Positions 1-12,200 of a DNA stretch of 44,971 bases are shown here, in pieces. Position numbers and translations under genes: made by a program. Positions within the stretch are counted from its first letter, which is position 1; each line of letters begins with the position of its first letter. The stretch spans positions 1 through 44,971 of the forward strand of contig NIVC01004461.1 of assembly GCA_002269645.1 (NCBI GenBank), in the 5' to 3' direction. The notes under the pieces were generated by a model, which saw only the letters and a program-made list of their open reading frames with translations, searched no databases and had not been told where the DNA came from. The DNA is from Macrostomum lignano (Eukaryota).

Positions 1-206
1 TGCGAATTAAACAAAGTGCAGAAGTACGAACTAAATGAACAGACATCATCGTAAGATAGTACCTGTGAGTTTTATGCAAGTAATAATTGCAGTAGCTTAT
101 AAATGCTTTCTCAACAGCGTCACTGAATAGCTCGTAAGTGTCGAACTGCGTGATTTTTGCTTGGTAGGTGGAAGAAAGAGCTACAGTGAGTTCGAATCTT
201 ACATAC

Positions 207-280
207 CCAGGTAGCCAGGGGCCGCGTCATTGACCCTCACTGACAATGCCCCTGTTTCGAAGTGGAGCCCTCCCGTTTTG
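207..280 (-). CDS. PKD1-like exon 17 (tentative)
   Basis: KTGGLHFETGALSVRVNDAAPGYLG; G|GTATGT donor; accag acceptor is the only phase-2 option without a stop. Confidence 0.5.
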
Positions 281-3200
281 CTGGTCTTAGTCTTAACAAG
301 AAAAGGCTACAACTCGCAAAAAAGCTGTAGTTCCAGAGCTGACTCACGTTCCCAAATTGACCGGCGAGAAGAAACAGGTCCATCTATCGGCCTCGTAGAC
401 GGATTCCGGCACGGAGCTGTCTTCTCCGCTAGTCCTAGCGCAGCCGGTGCTGTTGCAGACGCACTTGGTCAGGAGCCAGGCTCCGGTGACGTCAGTGCTT
501 GTGGCGCTGGCGCCAAGTTTTGAGCAGGGCCCGCTGCCGTCTGTGCCGCTGCAGTTGCACGACTCAACCTGATAGTCTGTCGCCACGGTGGTCGGCGCCG
601 CAGATTTGGCTGCTGTTGCCGCATCGGGGCCGGAGCCGTCCAGGCTGCCAACAGTGTACTCGGTGGCGGCCTGTCGGGCTGTCGACCTCGAGCAGGTGCG
701 CGTCTCCAGGAGCGGCAGCTGGCAGAAGTGATCGTAATTTTGCTCAGTAGGAGCTTTGCCAGCTGAGATGAACACCAAGTATTCGATCATCTCGTCGTTG
801 GCTGGGCCGTTGGTGGTGGTCGATTCAAGTGTCGTAGCGGCCTCAGTTGTCGTCTCGGTTCTGAACGTGGTGCTCTCGTTCATTGAGTTGTCGTTTTCCG
901 ACTGGATCGGTTCCGCTGTGTAATGCTTCACCTGAGCGAACAGACCGTCGAACTGTTTGACGCTCACCTTGGTGATGAGCATGCGCTCGGACTTTGGCCG
1001 CGTGGCGTTCACCTCCGGCTTAATGGCGGCCACGGCGTCCGGGTGGTTGCTGACCCAAACCTCCACTAGAGAGTCGTCGTTCAGATCTTTGACGGGGAAC
1101 TGGTACTGCCGGTCGTTGTAGATGCCGACGCTTAACACTGGCGAGCTCATCCGGCTGCCGTTGCCGGCCATCGTGAAGATGTTCGCCCCGTTCTCGATCA
1201 CCTGCGGCAGTTTGTGTGGGAAATGTATTAGAGAACGGTTGTTATCTTGTATGAAGACAATTTTAACCTCGTAATAATAATTTAATAACTGATTACACCT
1301 GCCCTAATGGCCAGATGTGCAACCGACAGCTCAGCCGCAGCTATTGCACGGCACATCTGAAGGCTGCGTACGGCTGTTCAGTCCAAGGACTGGGGGGGTC
1401 GCCACACACCCTCAATTACCCCAGCTGATGCTGGCACTTATTTTACAGCTGGGTGAACTGAGGCAATGCAGAGTTAAGTGTCTTGCTCAAGGACACAAAT
1501 TGTTCCGAGTGGGTCGAGAATCGAACTCCCGACCCTCAAGTCGTGAGTCCGATGCCTTTACCACTAGGCTACAACTCCTCGTGTGATGATGAGTTTAACC
1601 TTCACGATGAGTGCAGCTCTGTATAAAACTCTGTATAGGTAAACAATGTAAGTTCGTGAATAACAAAAATGTGAGTCTCTCAACACAGACAGACTCCATA
1701 CTCACCTGAGCAACAACTGCTTGCGACGGTTTTAACTCATTCGGATCGTATTGACTGGGCTCCACAAATATGCTGCCGTTGGCTGACTGACCGGTGCCGA
1801 TGGAGCAACCCGAATCCTTGCCAGAGCCCTTGCCGAACTTCTCTGCGGATTCGGATTGCTAGTGTTTAACTTTACTGTCATCACTAAGATAAGTAGAATT
1901 TTGGAGACAGGTACATGGAAAAATGTCTAGTTGCACTTACTGCCCTCAATGCTATTAGTAGACTGCTTCTCCACATTCATTTTGATATTCCCCAGATCAA
2001 TTGTAGTTGGCGTCTCGCCCGCCACCTGCTTGTTGCCCAGCGCCAGGCCAGTTGTGCGAAAGTTTTCTAACGCGCGCAGCGACACGTCCGACCGTCTAAG
2101 CCGCTCCTCGCTTGACAGCGTCGACGTGTCAACACCGCCGCCGCCGCCGCCGCTGTTGCTGTCGCTATTGTTTGACATCGTAGACTGCTGACTACGCACA
2201 ATTTCGTCGAGCATGTTCAACGATGACGCCAGGACCAGAGAGCTGGTTTCCTTGATCTGGTCGTAAGTGACGTCCTCCGAGCTTGACAGATCGACCAGCC
2301 GTTTGGAGATAAGATCGCCGGCCGCAACGGTGTTCTCCTTGCTGCTTTCGCTGATCTCGTTCGGCACGGAGTTGGCGCCCTTCAGCATTTCCCCGGACAG
2401 CTGCAGCGTCTGTAGCTGTTCAGTCTCCGAAGCGTTCGGATTAAAAGATTCGATGGCGTTTCTGGCGGCATCCACAACCAAGGCCTTGGCCTGGCAGGGC
2501 GTGCGATGACCGAAAGCTTGAGTTTTAGTATCGCTTTATTGCAGCTACCATGCCACTGCCTGCTCAGACATGCCGCTATAGTGCTAATTCACCTACTGTA
2601 CTCACCGCACTCCACTCCACTGCACCCACTGCACCATACTGACTTGGGCTGGACTCGACAACCAGCCGCGAAGTCCCAGCCCGCAGATCGTAATCGTCAT
2701 CCTTAAGTTGCTAATTTAATAAATTCACCCTTGAGTAAATACCTTTACATGTACGGTTATCAAAAACAGCTATTTCCCCAAACGACATCCGACTTCACCA
2801 ATTCCAAAATTTCATAACTACCAAACTTCAGAGAAGCTAGCAAACCCAACGGTACAGCTCTAAAGCCCATGCTCACCGCAGATCTCTCCTTCCTTCTCTT
2901 TTCCGCAGCCACTGGATCTGTGTCGTTGGCTGCACCGCTCGCATCCTTGGAGACCTGGTTGATGGCGGACAGGAGAGGCAGGGCTATCTGGGCCATGCTA
3001 ACAACGCTGCCACTCTTCCCGGCGCCAATAATGTCGGTGAAGAACGGACTATTGGACTGGAACTCCTCGGATTTCATAGCCCTGGGAGTCACCCGAACCC
3101 GGGTCTGCGCATGGAAGGCCTCGCTGTAGGCGCCGTCAAACACTGACACGCAGATGGTCAGAGTGTAGTTGTTGGCCTCCTGACCGGCCGGCAGCTTAGC

Positions 3201-6200
3201 TTCAACCTCGCATGTGGGAGAGTCTGCGGCGCAACATTCGGGCGGGGATTGCAGGGTTGTTTGTTTGAGAACGAAAAAGAGGGAACGAAAGACAGATTAA
3301 TACGAGCCTATTTAGGCGATGCAGTAGGGGCTTTTCCTGGCTAAATGAAATGAAATAAATGGACTTCCAGCAAGAGGAGAGCTGATTGTAGTATCCCTGC
3401 TGAGGTTGGCTCTGACCGGCTGAGGGAAATAGCGGACCAGGAAGGACTGTGGCTTCGGCAGGCACCACCAGGTCCCTGGAAATATTTTCGCTGCGATAAA
3501 ACAGAGCCTGCGCACACAAACTTCAAGAACATGGGCTATCTTTTTGCTGCGCACCTTCTCAAACAAGAATCAAGTCGCCAGCCCATCGAGACATTCGACG
3601 ATTCTGCCAGAAGGTCGGATTTTTCCTAAAAGCGCCAGTGTATTCAGTACACCCCCTGTGCTCCAATCAGCACTGCGCCTCAATGCAGCCTTGCAAGCCT
3701 CCGAATTTTACCAGCACGTCGATCACACGTGTCTGCATCAGCTCTGACTTCGTTGGTCTCTGGCATTCACCCAGACAGAGCTTCTGGACCTTCAGCAGGT
3801 GGCACCAGGTGACTATGGACACCCAGTTGCAAATTTCTCCACTTTCGCTGATCAAGCCCCGACAGTGGGCAAGCCTCAACTGCCGGAAGCCCTCAGCTGG
3901 TCTCTCAAACATTCCGGCATCACCCCGACGTCAACGGATGAACACCAGGCGACTACGAACTTCACCGATCAGCAACAAGGGCAACAAAAAGTTAGCCCGT
4001 GTTCTTGAATTTCGTGTGCGTGCGTTGCTCTGTTTTGGAACAGCAAAAAATCGTAAGATGGGTTCCCCCTGGTAGTTCGACGGGCGGAAAAAATGGCTTG
4101 GTAGACCCACTGTTAATCCTGCTTATTTAGGAGCCAGTGCGTATTATCTTATTAATGTGAAATGTGAACCAGCTTTGAACGAGTGATCCGATTATCATGT
4201 ACCATTCTAATCTCCAAGTGGAATGATAAATTAGTACAGGTATAGCGACGTGGTTAAGATATACATGTAGAGACACTAAATTGTTATTGTGGCTGGGGGT
4301 GCTTAATATTGTATTTGGGGGGTGCTTGCTTTTGAGGGGGAGGGGGTACTTGCTATTTGGGAGAGGGGGGTACTGGCTACATGTATCTACATGTATGGGA
4401 TTCTTTCTATCCAGGGATGCTTGCTATTTAGGGATGCTTGCTATCTGGATAGATGCTTGCTATCTGCAGGATGCTTGCTTTACTCGAATAAGGTGATTTA
4501 TAAAACTGAAGAAGGAACTGGTTCTTAAGAAAATGTGCTTCTTTAGTTGTTTTCCCTGAATAATTTTTGCTCCTTGCTTATTGCGCGCCCGAAAGGGGGC
4601 ACTAGATTGCTAGTAGAGACACTAAAAGAGGTCACTCACTGAGGATCAGCGGATAGCAGTCGGCACGCTTGGTTGGTGTCTGTTCGAAACTGTAGCCGAC
4701 AGTGTAGATCATGTGCTCACCCTCGGTCGTTGAGGGCGGATAGCTGCAGGTAAAGAAGAATTTCGTCTTCATCGACTCGCCATTAGCCGGGTAGATGCTT
4801 GTGGAAATTTTGCTGGCGTTGGGGCCCTGGTTGACAGAGATGTACAAGAATTTGAATCCGTAGTTAGTGGAGTCGGAGCCGCGCCAAGCGCGCAGGCGGA
4901 TGATGTAGTAGCCGTCACCCTCCGGGAAGAAGTTCGGCGGATCGATGGACAGGCCAGAGGAGGTTCGGCCTGGCGGAGTGGAAGACGGTTAGTGCTAAAA
5001 CTTCAGATTAGTTAGTTCTGCTTATGCTCATTTGTCGTTAGCAAAGACAGCGTACAAATAACCAGGACTGTTTTATTTTGAAACGACGCATTGCTCGTGA
5101 ATCACTCGAGACGATAGAGACTAACAAATCGTTCTTTTCCTTTACGATCGGCGACAAGCGGAGAACAGACGACTCCAGTTGGCAAGCCGCTTCATTAGGC
5201 GCCAAGTCGCACTACTATTACGCTACTCGCGCTGTGCCATGGGGCGCGGGGCGTCGTCGCGCTTTGATTTGCTCTCCTCGCTAACCAAAAAGACGGTCTC
5301 TTGATGCGGAGTCTCAATCTGTTGCCAATTACGCGAGTGCGCTGCTCTGTGTTCATTCTTTCGGTTGCCTAGGGGTTCGGAAAGTCCGCGTGTCCTGACG
5401 CCGACACAGCTAGACTAGAGGGATACACGCCAGCCTATGCATCTGTAGTGAGCCGCCAGTTTGGTGTTAGGCGTCGCACTATTGTCAGCAGTTTCCTTCG
5501 CCCTTGCCCTCGCCCTGGGTTGCTGTCTGCCGCTGGGCAGCCTCCCTCACCTTTTTCTGCCTGTTCTCTGTCGCCCCCCCCCTGTCACGCTGGTGTCCTG
5601 TTTCCCTTCTCGAAGTCCTAAAGTCACTTGCTGGTCCGTGTTTACTGAGGAATCACGTGCCCCAGGGCCCTTTCCCTAATCTATTCATTGTTTCTAAATA
5701 CTAAAAATTGTTTCTAAAAATCAATCTTCTAATCAATCTGTCTTTGTTTCTAAAAATAGACACTGATTCACACGGCCCTGTGCACTTTGCCCGGGGACCC
5801 CTGCCTTCTCTCTGGCGGGAAGTGACGTCAGTTCTAAAAATAGAAAAAGTCACTATAGTAGGCTTTTCAGATTACCGATTCCAGAACCAGAATCGGTTCG
5901 AAGCTTTTCATATTGTCTGTTCCGTTTTCAGAATCGGTTCCAGAACTGTGATCCGATTCTGGAATTCGTTTCGAGAAATTTTCTCGATCCGTAGTCATGT
6001 TTGCACTTTAACAGTAAAATATAGGCCGGCCAAATTTAAATCGTCATTTTTTATAATTGATATATTAGTACTCTGTTTTTTGTCATATCCAAGACGAAGC
6101 AAAGTCAAGGAAAGACAATTAAATTATAAAGACTGACAAAGATAAAATGGGTTCGAAGCTTTTCATTTTCCTGCCGATTCTGGTTCTGGAACCAATCTTC

Positions 6201-9200
6201 GTGAAAAGCCTATAGGTCTCGCGCACAAAGGTGCACTGGGGATTCAAAGGCTATAAATACGGACCCTCTTAACCCTTGGTTCAGTCAAGGAGTGTTTCCC
6301 AAGTTTAGTTCTTAGGTTCTTAGTTTCTCAGTTCTTAGGTTCTTAGTTTCCGAAGTTTTCTGACAGTTCTATTGTCCAATCAACTCTCCCTTTATTGGCC
6401 TGACTAAACTTAGACGCCCAAGCCCAAAGGAGGCTAACACGGCCTTCCCAACCACCCACTGAGCGCGGCGGGATCTGCTGACCAGACGCCTTGTTCGTTA
6501 ATCTTCAAATCTGCACGCTGTGCTGAGTTCGTTGACTTGTTTATTTCGTTCCGACGGGAAGCTCACCTCACCGAAGGCCGAGACCTGAAGGAACTGGAGG
6601 CAGCACTACCTACGCTACTTAGAGCTACAAGAAGACTTCCAAGAAGAGACTCGAGACTTCAGGCAGAACTTAAGTGCCTGCTAATCGGGAAGTAAAGCTC
6701 TGTACTTCACTGGTAGAGCAGTGGGATTTCAAGACCTTACCAGGCCACCTCGAGACAACCATCTGTACTTCACTGGTGGCAGCGGTGGGATTTCAAAGAC
6801 CTACCAGGCCACCCCAAGCGAGAACCCTCAGTACAGCACATCCTGACGTCTCGCCTCGCTGAAGGAAGACAGGTGCTGAAAGACTGTGTGGGTGCGTCCT
6901 GATGCCCCAGACTTCGGGAAGTGTCAGCACAGCAAATTTATAATTCATTCAAAAAAAAACAAAAATAATGAAGATAGAACAGTAAGAAACACAACAGAGA
7001 AACAGTTTTTAGTTGACGAAGATTTTTACGAAACCGTCAGATAGAAGATTCAAGGATTAGCTTACCTCGTACTAATCTTTGAGGATAGTAACTCTAGGTG
7101 CGTAAAAGTACTTAAAGTACATCTAAGATATAAGTTCTTGCAACAAAGGTATACAGTAAGTTACCTGTGCTGGCATACTCCACTCCATCTGCAAAAAATC
7201 AAGTAGAGTAGAGTATTTTGTCATTTCAATAGCAGCTCATCATATAGAGAATAAATATGACAAAATTCCTTCCGACCTTTCTGGGTCCAATATTTGTTAT
7301 CAAGTTCCATCTGGTTGAAGCCGTCGTCTAGCGCTGTGGAGCTCAAATCGCTCGGGCAGACCTTCAGCGAGCTGTTAAGCGGAGTGCACTGCCAGAAGAA
7401 TCCGTAATCGATGCCGGCCACGTAGTTCTCAATACGCATTTGAAACTTGGTGACCACCTTCGGGTTCACGCTGATCGACTTGTAGCCGCAGGCGTTGCCG
7501 TTCAACTTTTTATGAGGTATCTTCCGCCTGAAGCAGTTGCTTACGCACCTGCGGGACAGAGGGTGGTGGTCATAGCTAAGGAGCTGTCACAACCCAGTAG
7601 CTATTATTAAACATAAATCCATGATTGTTAGCTCACACTCCGCTGACAATGGGTGGCTCGCCTCTGGTGATTTTCAGCGTAGCCGAGACCGGCTCCGGGA
7701 GCAGGTCATCGCACGTATCCTTGATCACCAACGTGAAGTGAATCGCGTCACCCTCGAAGCTGAACTTGGTGTCCACATACACAATGCCGTTGTGCATGTA
7801 GTATAGAAAATTGTACTTTCCAATCGCTGCCTGATCCTTCCAGCCTGGGATCCTGTCGTACACGCCTTTCACTACTTCGTTTGGATAGCTGGAGGTGGTG
7901 ACGTTCACTTTCATCCAGTCCTCCAAGCCCATAGGCTTCAGGTAATGCCAGGTGACCAGCGCCTGCGAAATGAAGCAAGTGCTCTCGTGAACGTACCCGC
8001 CATCGATTTTGAGCTTCTTGCAGGCAAGTGTCTGCTCGCTGGCATTGTAGGCGTAATTAGGGCCGAACTTCATCGGCTCGCAGTCGTGCCGGCAGTACGT
8101 AGCCACAGACCAGCAGGGCAACTCGCCGTCCGCGTCGAACTTGTTCGGATTAACGCTGCACGAAGCGTCGAAGCTCAGCAGGGAGCCGTAGGGAGCCTGC
8201 GCAGGGTCCTCTAAGTCATTCCAGGTGATGTTATCCTTGCTGTACTTGAACTGGAGGCAGGGCTCCACAGGGGCTTTGTACACATAGAAAGTGACGCACT
8301 CGGTCGCATTGATAGTTGGCTCGTCGTTCATTGTGAGCTGCGCGCAGACCCGGTAGGCTTTGGAAAAGCGCAGAGAGAAGGCCGGCAAGGTGAGCAGGCG
8401 GAGGTGAATGTTCGTTGGCCCGAACCAGTCACCTTCCAGCAGGTTTTGCAGGTTCTCGCTTGACCGGTGCTTTGTGTAGAACGCCTGAAGCTGAGCTGTA
8501 AGCGCGAGTGCAGGGAAGCGGTTGCATTGAAATATGCATGAACATCTACTGTAACCCTAGAGTTCCGCTGTAACCAAAATTACCTACGGTAATATTGTGA
8601 GAAAGTAAAGAATGATAGAAGCAGTTTAGCCTATCACACAGTAACAATATATCATTTATTTATTGCACAAGAAGAATGGTTGGGATTGCAATCATCTTAA
8701 CTTCAGCCCCCGACCCTCCAACCACTATGTGCATGTGGCACCAAAAATCTCTATTGCTTGAGTCGCCAACCTCAAGGACTTAATAGGTTCCATCACAAAA
8801 GCTTTGAAACTGGCAACATTCATTCATTTCTACTGCTATGCCCTCCAACCATAAAATCAAGGGCTCCAATGGTCTCTTAAGCCTTTTAAGTCTCAGCTAT
8901 GGAGTGGCCAATATTACTAAATATGGAAACTACGAGTAGATATGGGAAATATGTGTTCCCACAGCGGTAGCATAAAAACCTCTGTGAAATTTCCCGTAGC
9001 CGTCAAAGATGCTTGAAAAGGAAGAAAGAAAGCATGCCAGACAAGAAAAGCGCTGGCTATAAAGACAACCTTGTGTGCTTCTTAGTGAAGCGATACTTCG
9101 AGACTCACTCATTTTGGATACTTTAAAATCAATATCAATGTTCGAGATCAAGCTTTTACTGACCGCCATAGTCCGTCCAGAGTCCAGAGCCATTGTTAAA

Positions 9201-12200
9201 CTCCTCGACTGTCCACTTAACGTGCGTACTGATATTATAGCAAGATATTTTCATGTCGCCACCGATTTCAACCACCTGGTTGCGTTTATAACGCGTTTTG
9301 GTAAACCTCGCAGCCAAGTTGGGCACCGGGATTGAGCAGAAGCCCTTGGAAACGGTCATAGTCCAGGAGTAGTCGAGGCTGGAAAAACTGTTGGCTGCGT
9401 GCAGAGTCACAGTTTCGGCACCGTAGTTTTCAAAGTTTTTGAAGAAGGTGGTCCTGCTAAAGGCTGAACCCGTCAGGGACTCCTGGTAGCCATTGAGGTA
9501 GTAGTCAGTGAGCTCGGTGTCCCAATAGCACTGCGACTTCCTCGACGAGAAGTAGGGATCGGAGTTGCAGAAGGCCTCGAAACCGAACATATGCTTGCTG
9601 CCGTTGTTGACTACGCGGGTGCCGAAGTTGCTAAAGTCGATGATGAAGCAGGTGTTAGTTGGGAACGCAGCGAAGTCCATGGTGACCTCGTAGGGATAGT
9701 CCATCGGCATGGCCACTTTGGCGCCAATAGTAACATCGATGACGCTTCGTTTTAGCTCAATGTTGTACGAGTCTGCCTGCCAAACAAGCGGGTTGGTCAC
9801 GTTCACCCGAACGGTGAAGAGCAGAGGCTTGTCGAACTTGTGCTCGATCCAGTTCACCGTAGTTACAGCCGTATGACCGTCACCGAAGTCCCAGTTATAA
9901 TACAGCGGAGACAGATGACCGAATTGCGTTATAGCAAAAAACTTGAGCGGGTGCTCAATCGGATAAGCGTACGTGCGACTCATATCATGCACCGGAGTGT
10001 TGCCAGTGTACATCCCCGGGTACAGAGTGATATTGCGATTCAGGTTGACGATCTGCGAGTAGATCCGTTGCGACCAGGTGAGAGTCTGCGAGCCGGCTTT
10101 GTTGTACAGGCGCACGGTGGCCGTGAAGTTGCCCGGGTGTCGGTACTGCTGTGTTGGCGCGAACTGGCAGTGTACAAAGCCAGGCCCGAACTGCCCGGTG
10201 CAAGCGTCGTTGTTGGCGGTGTTGGAGGTGTCGCAGCTGACTAGGGCAATGCCGGTCGCTGCGCTGCTGCCGTCGCCGAGGTCGATGTCATAGAAGACCG
10301 AATAGAGTGGCTCCAAGGCGTTGATGGTGGAGTTGCGGCACAGCTGAAGCCGGGTGTCTGTCATGTTCTCCGGTCGACGAAGCAGCTTGATGAAGGAGGC
10401 GAGCAGCTCGAAACCAGCTGGCACGAACATGACTTCAACTACGGTGCGGTCGAGCTGCGCCGTTACGCTAGTGGTGACGCGGTTGACGATGGTGCAGGAG
10501 GCGGAGTAGTTGCCGATACCGGCGAAGGTGTGCGTGAACGTGGTGGTGTGGTTGTTGTCGTTGACTGTCACCGTCTGGCTGTTGCCGTCGCCGAAATTGA
10601 TGGTGACAGTGTAGTCGGAGCCCCAGACGAGGTTCAAAGTGTAGGTCACAACCTGGCCAGGCCGCACTACATAGGCTGAAGCTGTCAGCACGGGGCCCAT
10701 GATGGCCTCCTGGACCACCAGGCTGGTGTTGCTCACCTGTCGGCTGACCTGGTTGAACATTTCAATTTTTCTAATGTAGACACCTCGTGAGTAGTTGCGC
10801 TTGTACTCAACGACGCGACGCGAAGCGCTCCAATCGACTAGGACAAAGACTGGGTCGCCGCCGTCGGCCGGGTCAATGATGGCGCTCACATTGGTTGGCA
10901 CGTCTGAGTTGCTGGCGTTCCACGTGAAGTAGATCGTGGACAGAGCGGGGCTGGTCGGCGTGGTCGCCAATAGCAAGTCAGGAACAATGAATGTCGTATC
11001 GTTCAACAACGGGTGCTGAATGATCACCGTGTGCTGCAGGTGGATTTTGAAAGCAAAACTAAAAGATTACTTTCAATATAAGCTGCTAAAGACTGAGAAA
11101 GTGCAATTACAATGTTGGTTATTGGCATATGAAACTTACGCAGACAAAGAAGCTAGACACGTGGTTGACGGTGGTCAGACAGACGTTGTAAAATCCGTCG
11201 CTGGCAAAGCTGTAGCCGCTATTAGCCAGCATGGAGGAGTTGAAATCCGCCAGTGAAGCATTCACTGACCAGCTGTACACGGGCTTGCTGCCGCTGTGGC
11301 TGCCAATCTGGTATGGGACCTTCGTGTGGCTCGTATCTGGAAATTGTGAATGAATTTTGTTTAGATGCAGTTAATTAAGATCTGCTCCCACAATTGTATG
11401 TTTCACAAGCTGATCGCATGTTTCAGACACTAGTAACTTGTTGACCTTTAAAACTCAGCTTAAACTCACAGTAAAGCGGAGCCGCAAAGGTGACATTAAT
11501 CAGCGGGATTTGCACGATCAATGGCAGCTTAGACACTGCGGTTTGACCGTCAACCCCGGACACAATTGAAGCGGTGATATTGAACGGATATTCGTCGTTG
11601 CAGTAGTTGGTTGTCCAGTTGCAGCCCACGTTGGCGAAGCGATGGTTGCCCAGCACCGACAGTTGCCGATTGCCGAAGAACTGCACCGCCTTCACGCTGC
11701 GTCGGGCACCGGAGTTGAGAGTCGCCAGAGTGACTCTGCGAACAGTCGCGCCATCCAGGGTGAAGTCGGCGAAGCTGGTATTCCAGGACAGCAGGTGCTC
11801 CGTTTCGTTTAAGTTCACCTCGGTTAGAGTGCTATTTTCACATGCCACAGCACCGTTGGGGTCATAAAGTGCAAGAAGATCGCCCGGAATCAGGCTAAGT
11901 CCGCCGCCCGGCAGGTAAACAGTCTGGAAGTAATGAGAAGCAGACGGGCTAGTCAGGTTGGCAGCGACGCTCTGGTGGACGTAGTAGCCATCGGCGAATA
12001 GAGACGAATCCTGGGCACTCCCGGATCGGCAGATTCGACGGTTGGTCGACCAGGCGGAGCCGGAGCCGCAGGCAACGGACCGAGCGCCTGGCAGGGCCGA
12101 GCAGTTGTTGGTGCAGGCGTTGGCGCGGTTGCAATAAACGGAGCCACTGCTGCAGACTGGGCGCAGAGCCTGCATTAACAGATAAGGATGGGTTAGGATT

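Noticed and set aside
8650-9060. Possible LINE 3' fragment in PKD1-like intron 9
   Set aside because: Only faint resemblance to an RT C-terminal motif, with many stops; not supportable without a search.
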